Origin: Nemertoderma westbladi | Taxonomy: Eukaryota; Animalia; Xenacoelomorpha | DNA length: 41,425 bases | Assembly (NCBI GenBank): GCA_032718475.1 | Contig: JAUCBJ010002772.1 | Span: 1-41,425, forward strand | Direction: 5' to 3' | Shown: positions 24,016-35,476 of the stretch, one piece after another | Numbering within the stretch: the first letter of the stretch is position 1 | How the letters are laid out: every line of letters starts with the position of its first letter | Position numbers and translations under genes: made by a program | The notes under the pieces: generated by a model | The model's database searches: none | Seen by the model: only the letters and a program-made list of their open reading frames with translations | What the model was told of the DNA's origin: nothing

Positions 24016-27000
24016 ATGGGTTGTCGTGGATCGAAATCGGTTGACGTCAAAGAAGTTGATAAACCAAGAACACCACCCCCAAGAGGAACTAAGATATCAG
24101 AAAATCAGGATAGTACTATTGGTAAGTCAACAGCCAAACAATAATGATAAGGATAGTGAAGGAAGGTTACCAGAAAATCTGTCAGATATTGAAAACAATA
24201 CCTCAGATAATGTTGCAAAGTTGAAGTTAACAAAACCTCTTATTGTTTCAGGCAATGACGGTGATAATGCAAAGTTAAAGTTACAGGAACATCCAATTGA
24301 TATCAAGAAATCTTCAGATAATTATGAAAAGATACCATATAAGGAATTGACTGCGAATGCAGTCGCATTCGTATCTAAAGATACCGGAAAGTTACTAGCA
24401 AGTAATGCCACTGCAGAATGTTGTCCCCCTGCCATATCAAAGAGTCAGTTACACAATATAATAGATGTCACTATTGCCAACCATCGAGCTTTGCAAATGA
24501 TAGATAATTTTAATGATAATTTGCCTGAAATTGTTGAAAAGCTTTCGAAATCAGCTCAAACCGATTTAGAAATCGCCACATCGATATACAAGTGGTTGAC
24601 TTCACTCGACCTGAACAGTTTAAAAGAGACAAACTTTGATTCCAGCAGTTATGGGAGAATTCTGCAATCTCTTCATGAAACTGGTAATTACTGTGAAGTA
24701 TTCTCTTCAATGTTGGAAATTGCTGGAATACCTTGTGTTACAATTGCTGGGCATTGTAAAGGATATTCGGATTACAATATTGGTGACAAGATTACAGGTA
24801 AGTCAACTTGGAACGCATGCTTAATTGGTCGGTTTTGGCGCCTTTTTGACTGTCACTGGGGAGCAAGGGGTGTAAATGACAGTGACTCGCATAAGGGATG
24901 GCAGCTTATTGATACCGACACGGGTAAGCCATTGAAGAAACAGAAGCCTGATGGAAATTCATCATTCACCTACAGACATGAGGATTTCTATTGCCTCACA
25001 GATCCAGACAAAATGATATACTCTCATTTTCCTGACGATAAAAAATGGCAATTGCTCAAAAACCCATACAGCTTTTCTGAATTCGAAGAGCTTGCCTATC
25101 TGAGAAGCGCATTTTTTAATCTCAATTTGTCCGTCGTTTCTCATAATACAATCCACATCAAAGCTAACATGAATATTGTGTTGATTCAATTTGGTCTTCC
25201 GGTTCAAAAGACTGGTACGTATCTCAGCTTTTCCTATAATCTTTATATTAAAGAAGGAAGAACGAGGCGAAATTATGTAGCTAAAGACGATTCTGTAACC
25301 CTTCAACGTTACTGTCTTCAGCATTTCACCACGGAACATATAAGTTTCGATTTGAGGCTGCCCGCGAAAGGATTATATCTCATTGAAATATTTGGTAGGG
25401 AGGATGATGCAACATCGAATTTGGATGGTTGCAACACAAGTGCCATGATTGCTGGATATATTATTGATTGTAAGAGTGTTTCTAGGAAGTGCAGCCCAAC
25501 TCCACCAGTTTCAAATATTCACAAGGGGTTTGGACCAGGAATAGACGTAGCCCGAAACAAAATGATAGCCAGTACTCACAAAGAGGGAATCATTAACTCA
25601 GAAGATGGACAGGTTGAAATTCGATTTGATTGTGCTGATAAAATGAGTTTTCTTGTATATTTACGTCACAATAACATCGCGGATAAGGATTTGAGCTCTA
25701 ATGTGATACACCGGATATTGATAAATGAACTAGTGATTACAATATCTCTTTCATCGACTGGAGAATATGGGGTAGAAATATTTGGAAAATCAGCTGATGA
25801 TAATAGTTCGTCCTATTCTCATATTTGTAATTATTTGCTGATGTATGATGTTCCTGATGACAAACATGTACAGTCTGGGGGGACCTTGAAGTTCCCAAAA
25901 AGTGTTTCAAGTTATGGCCCTACTTCGGAACATATGGGACTAATTCCACTAAATTTCGATGATTCTCTTCTAAATTCAAATGAATCAGGCGAGATTAACA
26001 TTGTTTTTGGTATGTCAGCGGGATCCCTCCAGATAATGGTCGACTTTGAGTATCAGAATGATGAGAACCTACAAAATGTGAATGAATTTGTTCACGAGGA
26101 TACTTATGAGAATAAGCTAAACTTGTATTTACGCACACCATTCGCAGGATATTATTGCCTGAAAATCTGGGCCAACAAAAAAAATTCAGGAAATAGCTTT
26201 GAAAGCGCATACAATATTTTAGTATATTCAAGATCCGATCACAAGAGTTTATCCTGTTTTCCAAAACGGTATGAAGGTTGGGATGGTTGTCATCTAATAG
26301 AACCCCTATCAGGTGAGTTACCTTGCAACACGGTGGTTAACTTTAAGTTGCATTGTCCGGAAGCGAATGATGTCGCAGTAATATTGGGTGGCAACTGGAC
26401 ATATCTTACAAAGAACGTACAGGGGACATGGGAATGTGAAATAGATACAGGAACAGGAGGCAGAACTCTTTCAGTGAATACAAGCAAACGACCAAGTAAT
26501 CGGTACTATACAGTCCTCGAGTATAAAATCCTTAATGAGAGTCAGTCAAAACAACTTCAGGATACTGACTCCAATTTAGAAAATGATAAATTTTCCGATG
26601 CCTATCAAGATTTGGGTATGGATATTGATGATGATAAAGATGTACTGGAGCAACAGGATGAGGAAGAAGAAGATGGAGAACGAGAGGAGGAGGAAGAGGA
26701 AGAGGAACATGATGATGATGATGATGAGGATGACCAAGATGCAGATAATGCTGATGAAGGATTTGAATTAAAAGAAGATTTTAAGGAAATCAGTGGAGGA
26801 ATATTGCAAGCCAATAAAGACATGGATGAAGCTAAAGCTGCAGTCGAGAAAATTCAAGCCGAATTAGAAGCCACAGCAACAGAAGCTGAAATTGAAGAAG
26901 CCAAGAAGAAACTGCAGAGAGCCAAAGAAATAGCCGAATTAAAGGAAGAAGATTTAAATAGAAAAAATCTTAAAAGGGCATTGATTGTAAAGGGCGAAGA

Positions 27001-27619
27001 TGAATTGAGAAATTGTATGGAAATATTCAAATTGCGTGGATACAGGGATATAGATGGCGACTACAGTTTGGCAGAAGACATCTTAATCTATTTGAAGCTG
27101 AAAAGAAAGCTAGACGAGGCAATGAAGACAAGGGATTATAAACAAATTGAAAAAGCAGTTGCTATCATTAACAAAAGTGGTATAAAGAAGTTAAAGCGTG
27201 AAGTTGCCAAGGCTAAGCGCCTCATATATCGTTTATGGATGCTTGAAAAAATGCGACACGCCATAAGGAAACTAAATCAAAAAACCGTTGCTGAAATTAG
27301 AAGCTACAACAACCCTCCATTAGTTGTCCATAAAGTTCTAATTGCCACCTTGTTGTTGCTGGGGGAACCCGAGAAGTTAACTAAAGATTGGCAAGAGGTG
27401 CGTGGACGAGTTGGGCAGTTGGGTGCCCAGAGCTTAAAGAACCGTTGTCTCAAATACGATGTAACGAGATTGGACCTCAAGACAGCAGAACGAAGTGCAG
27501 AGATACTGCAGGGGATGGATTTGAATTCCGTTCGTGATGTCAGCACTGGGGCGGCAACATTCTACAAATGGACTAAAACTCAAATTGCCGAATGTATGAA
27601 GCAACAGAAAAGGCAATGA
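24016..27619 (+). CDS. Hillarin / kyphoscoliosis-peptidase (KY)-like transglutaminase-fold protein; predicted exons 24016-24121 and 24252-27619, about 1157 aa
   Basis: TG-like core AGIPCVTIAGHCKG...WNACLIGRFWRLFDCHWGA and EDFYCLTDPDKMIYSHFPDDKKWQLL. Then repeated Ig-like KY domains (P..G.Y..EIFG), an acidic tract, a coiled coil and a C-terminal helical domain. ATG 24016 gives MGCRGSK, and a GTAAGT...TTTCAG intron joins it in frame. Confidence 0.88.
24122..24251 (+). other. Predicted 130-bp phase-1 intron
   Basis: Donor G|GTAAGT at 24122 and acceptor TTGTTTCAG| at 24251. G + GC gives GGC, in frame with the long ORF. Confidence 0.65.
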
Positions 27620-28629
27620 ATTGAAAACAATAATGTACCGTTACTCAAACTTCTTACAAAAATACGTAATTTGGATGACTTCAATGTATCAGAACGGAAT
27701 GTCAATACTGTAGTCCCATGAATTCTTAATGAGTGCTTAGATATTGGGTGGTAAAAATCTTTATTACAATATTAAATGCATAAGTTCAGCTGTTGTAGTA
27801 TTCCCTTGAAGTGAGAAACGTACTGAATGGTCATGTAAACAGAGGGAATTATGCTGTTTCTATATTATTATACAGATTGTAATTTAGATTGATATTTAGA
27901 AGTGTACGTAAATTGAATTGAGATCCCGGATCCCGTAATGAAAACGGGCATTCACATTTCAGGGATGTATTTTGTAATCTCCCATCTATTACTAAGTATC
28001 TTCGAGATGTGTGTGTCTATTACTATATAGTACATAGTACTGTAGGTACATTATATCACTGTAAACTGTACATTTTTAGATACAATTAATTATTTGGAAA
28101 CTTATAATTCTTTTAATTATTATTATATGGTATTACTATCTTCATAAATGATTCTTACAATATTATTAATTTCCAATAGCAACCGACATGAAGACCAAGA
28201 CAGGAATAGGCCTAACTGTTTCTGTTTATTCCTGATTCTATAATACAGTATGATTTTGTTCAGAAATGGTAAAAGTGAGGGGTTTAAAATCGGGGGTTTA
28301 ACCATATAATACGCGCATTCCGAGGGAGAGTGGTTGAACTGTTTAGGTTGTCGAGGCCTGATAGGCCGAAATGCGTGTACTGCGCTGGTTCAACCCCTGA
28401 TGACGTGTTTCCTCATTTTTTCAATTTCTGAACAAAATCAAATTATAATATCATATAGTAGAACAGCTGCATTAACAGCTCAAGTGACCTCACGATTCAT
28501 GAAAGCTTACTGTATCCTAACCTAATTCATCATATTCTCTAAGTGAAAGTGAAGCAAGGCACCACAATAAATTTGTGCTAAGGTACAGCTGGTTACTGTC
28601 CCTTAATGAACAATATATATATGACTATC

Positions 28630-29135
28630 ATGCTGTGTAATCAGCCTGATTGCATTGGCAGCTAAGCTATTCAACATAATAATGTTGAATCATGTAAGGG
28701 ATCCTGTTGAATGGCTTTTCTGGTTTGTGGCAACAAAAAAGTACTTCGACGGATCATTGCGTAGAATTGGCTATGAGGAAAGACATTAATGTAGCCATCA
28801 TCTTTGTAGACTTCTTTCAGGCTTTAAACTCTGTCTCCCGCCCACCCATTTTAATCAAATCGTACTGGATTCCTGGTGCGATAAGTGTACTTTGTGCAGC
28901 TCGATGTCTGGGCAAGACTTTGAGCAGCAGTACAATCTGTGGGTAATTTACCCCCTAGCGACAGACTAGATTAAAGTGTATTTTTTTACGGGGGTGAGAC
29001 CTGGACACTGGCTAAATCACTTGAACAACGAATTTATGGTTGCTACACAAGACTACTAAGGGCAGCCCTAAACATCAGCTATAGACAACACACGACAAAC
29101 GCCGAGCTTTATGGTACAATACCACCTGTATCAAC
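28630..29135 (+). mobile_element. Old RTE LINE fragments
   Basis: AAKLFNIIMLNHVRDPVE and AIIFVDFFQALNSVSR parallel the RT at ~20850-21075. ETWTLAKSLEQRIYGCYTRLLRAALNISYRQHTTNAELYG (28995-29115) is an RTE-type C-terminus. Confidence 0.8.
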
Positions 29136-30437
29136 ACGAAGTGGGGCCTTCGCGCAGCACGTGACTTAAATTTAATTTAATTACTAATTCGAAAGTGTTA
29201 CTGTATTAGCAAATTTTAAGCAGATTTCGCCTAATCACTTTTTACCTCTTTCATTTCTATTCAGACATTTCTGACTCTAGCGGTATAGTGAGAACTGAAG
29301 ATGGATTAGGGTCTCCAGCCCCACAAAGACACAGCCTATGGATGAATAGTACATACGTACATCGGCCAAGTTTCATCTTGAATAACGGATAACGAAATGA
29401 GAGACGGATCTCACTTTCAGAAATTTCGTCGTATAGCGGCAGACCGATTAAATCTCCCCCCCCCCCCCCCCCCCCCCCCCCCACAAAGACGCAGCATGTG
29501 GTCCAGAATATATGGCAAGATTCAGCTTAAACTGATTAAAATCAATGAGACGGGAGAATCTATTCACTTTCAGGCATAAAGTAGTCCTATAGCGGGTGAC
29601 TGTTGAACTGATTTTCAACAAAACAAATTTTCAACTTGGCAGCTTTAAATTCGACAAAGTTATAAGCATGTCAATATCATAACGACGACAACGATTTCAC
29701 TTTCAGACATTTGGCCCTCTAGCGACAGACTGGAGAACTGCAGATGGGTTCGCCTCCTTTGAAAGTCACAGCTAATGGTCTAATACATATCTGCCAAGTT
29801 TCAGCTTAAACGGATTAAAAGCAAAGAAATGTGAGGGCATTTAATGTTTAGACATGTGGCCCTCTAGCGGGAGACCATTGCACTGATGGTGTCTGAAAGT
29901 CTCTCAAAAATCTCAACTTTAGCTCATATTGATACCTACAAATTTTCAACTTGGCAGCTTTAAATCCGACAAAGTTATTAGCATGTCAAAATCGTAACGA
30001 CGACAACGATTTCACTTTCAGACCTTTGGCCCTCTAGCGGCAGACTGGAGAACTGCAGATGGATTCGCCTCCTTTGAAAGTCACAGCTAATGGTCTAATA
30101 CATATCTGCCAAGTTTCAGCTTAAACGGATTAAAAGCAAAGAAATGGGAGGCCATTTAATGTTTAGACATGTGGCCCTCTAGCGGGAGACCATTGCACTG
30201 ATGGGAAGTCTCTCAAAAATCTCAACTTTTGCTCATATTGATACCTACAAATTTTCAACTTGGCAGCTTTAAATCCGACAAAGTTATTAGCATGTCAAAA
30301 TCGTAACGACGACGACGACGACGACAACGACGACGACGACGACAACGACGACGACGACAACTATTTGCATAAATTGACCCACCCCCTAACAGTGTCAATT
30401 CGCTAAGGCTCCGCCAACTTCGTGGCTCGCCCCACAA
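29133..30437 (+). mobile_element. Non-autonomous Helentron-like element (HINE/DINE-1 architecture) with internal ~310-bp tandem repeats
   Basis: Short inverted ends GTGGGGC (29141) and GCCCCAC (30429-30435). Repeat units start near 29627, 29941 and 30250. A (CGA)n microsatellite (30307-30360) precedes a 3' stem-loop GCCA-ACTTCG-TGGC. No TSD seen. Confidence 0.6.
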
Positions 30438-31154
30438 GGCCATGCTATCGAGTCAACTGGGGGCGGTGACTGGGGCAAGATTTTCTTAAGCTTTATACCG
30501 GCGATTTCTTTACGTTATTACAATTTATGCATAAGATACGCTTTGGTATGACTGTATTAGTAATTGTAGGTAATCTTTATGTTAGGCTTTAATTTAAGAT
30601 AAATAATTACAAATTGTGGACATCGCTTTGCCTTCATTATTGTGTACAATAAATATAGCCAAATATTAATAAATGTATTACTTTGTATTATGAAATGCAG
30701 CATTAATGTTATCTTATTTTCAGTAAAATTAACACATTACTTCACCATGTTGGTTTTTATAGGTAAGATTTTATGTAAAACTCGAAGTCACAACAGATCA
30801 CTTTATATTACAACTGACTACTTTATAAGACTATATGAAATTTATTCAATATTGTTGCGAAATGTGTTAATATGCCTATTGTATTGTAAAATACAATATC
30901 CATAATAATATATTATCAATCATTAGAAAATTAGCAGGCAAAAACTTTTGCAATAGGCATAACTTATATTATTATCAGGCACTTTATGTTATTTTATTAC
31001 TTTATTATTTACCGTATCAAGATTGCCATGCCAACCCACTATTCCCTAAATGTGAAAATACATCAATGGCCCTTGTAAGGGCTCTTTAATATTTAAATAG
31101 ATTGAGATGTAAATCCTGAAAACTAAACGTATGCCCCCCTGCAGAGGATACCGC

Positions 31155-32277
31155 CCTGTAGAGAAATATATCAGTTTAAAGAGTCTCTCTGGGCGCGGAC
31201 TCAACGTATGACCCCCCTGTAGAGAAATATCTCAGTTTAAAGAGTCTCTCTGGGCGCGGACTCAACGTATGACCCCCCTGTAGAGAAATATCTCAGTTTA
31301 AATAGTCTCTCTGGGCGCGGACTCAATGTATGACCCCCCTGCAGATAAATATCTCAGTTTAAAGAGTCTCTCTGGGCGCGGACTCAACGTATGACCCCCC
31401 TGTAGAGAAATATCTCAGTTTAAAGAGTCTCTCTGGGCGCGGACTCAACGTATGACCCCCCTGTAGAGAAATATCTCAGTTTAAAGAGTCTCTCTGGGCG
31501 CGGACTCAACGTATGACCCCCCTGTAGAGAAATATCTCAGTTTAAAGAGTCTCTCTGGGCGCGGACTCAACGTATGACCCCCCTGTAGAGAAATATCTCA
31601 GTTTAAAGAGTCTCTCTGGGCGCGGACTCAACGTATGACCCCCCTGTAGAGAAATATCTCAGTTTAAAGAGTCTCTCTGGGCGTGGACTCAACGTATGAC
31701 CCCCCTGTAGATAAATATCTCAGTTTAAAGAGTCTCTCTGGGCACAGACTCAACGTATGACCCCCCTGTAGAGAAATATCTCAGTTTAAAGAGTCTCTCT
31801 GGGCGCGGACTCAACGTATGACCCCCCTGTAGAGAAATATCTCAGTTTAAAGAGTCTCTCTGGGCGCGGACTCAACGTATGACCCCCCTGTAGAGAAATA
31901 TCTCAGTTTAAAGAGTCTCTCTGGGCGCGGACTCAACGTATGACCCCCCTGTAGAGAAATATCTCAGTTTAAAGAATCTCTCTGGGCGCGGACTCAACGT
32001 ATGACCCCCCTGTAGATAAATATATCAGTTTAAAGAGTCTCTCTGGGCGTGGACTCAACGTATGATCCCCTGTATATAAATATCTCAGTTTAAAGAGTCT
32101 CTCTGGGCGCGGACTCAACGTATGACCCCCCTGTAGAGAAATATCTCAGTTTAAAGAGTCTCTCTGGGCGCGGACTCAACGTATGACCCCCCTGTAGAGA
32201 AATATCTCAGTTTAAAGAGTCTCTCTGGGCGCGGACTCAACCCCCCCTGCAGAGAAATATCTCAGTTTAAAGAGTCT
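31155..32277. repeat. 61-bp tandem array, about 19 copies
   Basis: Same unit as 3749-4932. Confidence 0.98.
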
Positions 32278-32283
32278 AGAAAG

Positions 32284-32595
32284 TCAGTCCTGTAGTTTAA
32301 GCTTCTTAGCAGAGGGCTCGCGTGTACTGCATGGTGTGACAAGATGGCATTTACGGCTTAAGAATATATTTGCAAGTCTACGGCAATGTTTGCTGTTTGG
32401 TAAGGAATTACAGTAGATGTTGCCAATTTCCAGGAATCTGGACACTAGACCTGTTCTGCATAACTTCGGTTGATCGCTCAGTAATAGAAATAACAGGTAG
32501 CAGTAGAAAGTAAACTGAACGTAAACATCAGGAGAGATTATCAGTTTACCTCGGTTCAATTCATCCAGATATATCCCATATCGATCATTGTATTT
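32284..32595 (-). pseudogene. P-superfamily transposase C-terminal fragment, copy B
   Basis: Near identical to 4939-5250, with 2 aa differences in the listed 91-aa ORF. Confidence 0.65.
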
Positions 32596-34598
32596 TTTTC
32601 ATTATATTTTTTCATTCATATATTTTAATTTCTTTCATCTAGTTCTATAATAGTTGTTCTGAAGTATGTCGATCTGTTTACTCTTCGTCTAGTTGTCTGC
32701 AAGTCTGTTTGTCTGTCCGTCGATCTGTTTGTCTGTGCATTTGCTTGTGTAGACATCAGTATTTACTGAAATTTTTGAAAATCTATGGACTGCATCTCGA
32801 ATGACTCTTTGTAAAACAAGCTTACTGCACACTTTTCTGTCCAGTGTGTTTTCTCGTTTGTTTGTAAGACTGATTTGAGGGTTGTCTGTTTGTCAGACAT
32901 AATTGTCAGTTATTTGAAATAATTTTACACTTGACAACATTACAGCTACTTCCAAGCTCTTACACGATTTAGGTAACAAATCAGTAATTTATACTCTCAG
33001 TATTTATTACCATTATTTATTACCAGACAAAGATGGCCGCCCCCTTGGTCTAGCAACTGGGTCAGATTTGGGTCATTTAGAAATAATATAAAATTATATT
33101 TTAAAAAGTAATTTGGCAACGTACCGGTAACAAAACAAATAAAGGATAAAATATAAAGAATGAAGAATGTAAATAATGAAATCTCCAATATACAATAGAT
33201 CTGCATGTTATTGTTGTAACTACCCGTACCTAACTCAGTTATTATTGCTGGAACACAACCAATAAGAAATTGATCTGCAGGGCTGGAAGTTGTGTGTCTC
33301 ATAGAGGCCACAAACAATCCATTACGTCATAAAACCAATCACCAATCAGCATCTATATCATTGTTAAAGTTTTCCACTTGGCTAAGGTAAGCTATTTTTA
33401 GATATCCAATCAAATAATTCACGGCTATATTCGAGTTTGGTTTCAGTTTTCAACAGAAAACTGTTTGCACGAGTTAACTCGGGTTAGTCTGAATTATCCA
33501 TTTTCTTGAACCCGAATTTATTCGGGATAATTCGTTAAGGGGTTAAAGAGCCCTTACAAGGGCCATAAAGTAATAAAATAACATAAATTGCCTGATAATA
33601 ATATAAATTATGCCTATTGCAAAAGTTTTAGCCTGCTAATTTTCTAATGATTGATAATATAATATTATTATGGATATTGTATTTTACAATACAATAGGCA
33701 TATTAACACATTTCGCAACAATATTGAATAAATTTCATATAGTCTTATAAAGTAGTCAGTTGTAATATAAAGTGATCTGTTGTGACTTCGAGTTTTATAT
33801 AAAATCTTACCTATAAAAACCAAAATGGTGAAGTAATGTATAAATTTTACTGAAAATAAGATAACATTAATGCTGCATTTCATAATACAAAGTAATACAT
33901 TTATTAATATTTGGCTATATTTATTGTACACAATAATGAAGGCAAAGCGATGTCCACAATTTGTAATTATTTATCATAAATTAAAGCCTAACATAAAGAT
34001 ACATTACCTACAATTACTAATACAGTCATACCAAAGCGTATCTTATGCATAAATTGTAATAACGTAAAGAAATCGCCGGTATAAAGCTTAAGAAAACCGC
34101 CCCCAGTCACCGCCCCCAGTTGACTCGATGGCATGGCCTTGTATATAGTACGCCTTGATACCAGCACTATAATATTATTTATAACTTCTACAGTACTATA
34201 AATGTAACTAACTGTATTAACGGCTTTTCGGTTAATCACGTGCTTTATAGCGATTTGGAGCCAAAAGCCCACTTTTGTACAGGTATAAATAAATACATTC
34301 ATTACCGGTAGGCCTACTACAGTACTACAACAGTACAATACAGCAATGCAGTAGCATAACAACAATCTTGGCATATACAGATCAGAATAACTGCAGAAAG
34401 TTATTATTTTATTGATATAAAAGTTTATTTTATTAACTTACGACGACTCATTGTGTAAAATAAACAGCAAAATAAACTTATTTAGATTTAATTAAAACTT
34501 TAACTCCCTAAAAATTCACATACTAAGTCTATTTAAGACTCATGATAGAACAACTTTGTGTCCTTACGATATTATAATCGTGCAGTCACTGGGACAAC

Positions 34599-35255
34599 AT
34601 GGCACATCAAGGTGTCTATAGAGATACAGAAGTTCCAATGGACGAGCTTCCATCAGGTACCCGGGAAGGCGTCTATAAAGTCATCCCGGATAATTTAACA
34701 CTCCCAAATCCGTCACAGGATATTATAGATCGCAATGGAGCAGTTAATGAGAGCCGAGTGGTTTCTGTAAGAAGATGGTGGGTTGGGGTTGTTGTTGGAG
34801 TAGTGGGTATACACTACACAATACGATACGACTATACAATACGTTAGCTACATTGTTTGTGATTGTGATATTCAACAACATTAAGGAAGAAACGAATGAG
34901 AGTATAGCTGATCTAACACAGAAGATCTCGGATCTCCAGCCAACATCCAAACCTGCACCCAGTTGCACAAATACTGCAGTTGACACCATTTCCATCGTCA
35001 ACCACCCCAAAGTATTGGATGGTTCACTTCGCTGCGATAACACAGTACCTGGCGGCCCCTGGGTAGGAATACAGATGCGAATAGATGGATCGGATAATTT
35101 CTTTCTAGGAAGGTCGAAATTCCTCCATGGTTTCGGCGATATAGAAAATAACTTTTGGTTGGGACTCGATAACATCTATGAACTTACCAAAGACGGTGTT
35201 GCGCTGAGGATCGATATTTGGTACCAAGGCGAACACGAGTACGCCGAGTATAATT
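34599..35255 (+). pseudogene. FReD gene copy 3, interrupted by LINE insertion
   Basis: MAHQ...RRWWVGVVVGVV, then ATLFVIVIF...GFGDIENNFWLGLDNIYELTKDGVALRIDIWYQGEHEYAEYN. Homology to copy 2 stops at gagtataatt (35255). Confidence 0.9.
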
Positions 35256-35476
35256 TTCATATATATAATTTTCATATTTTCATAATCAGACAACACACTG
35301 CTTTGTCATTGGCAGATTTAATTACTGGCCTCCGACTGTACTGGCCACCGATACTGTGATACGATACGATACTAATCATTTTAATTATTTTATTTAAATT
35401 TATTAATTCACGTTGTCAATAATATAACAGAACATAATTTATAAGCAGAATAGCCAGCCATTTATCATACGACTAC

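Larger units (their letters stand above)
30434..35255. repeat. Foldback cassette copy B, a direct duplicate of about 3025-7890
   Basis: Same order: partial left arm (30434-31089), 61-bp array, P fragment, piggyBac-like end, right arm (33543-35255). It is cut on the left by the HINE and on the right by the RTEX-like LINE. Confidence 0.95.

Noticed and set aside
24026-24121. GTG start of the 1197-aa ORF in the supplied track
   Set aside because: In a eukaryote the ATG at 24016 with an MGCxxS motif and canonical splice sites is the better model.
26605-26823. Poly-Ser and poly-Met ORFs over the acidic tract
   Set aside because: They are alternative-frame readings of GAR/GAY codons in the Glu/Asp-rich linker.
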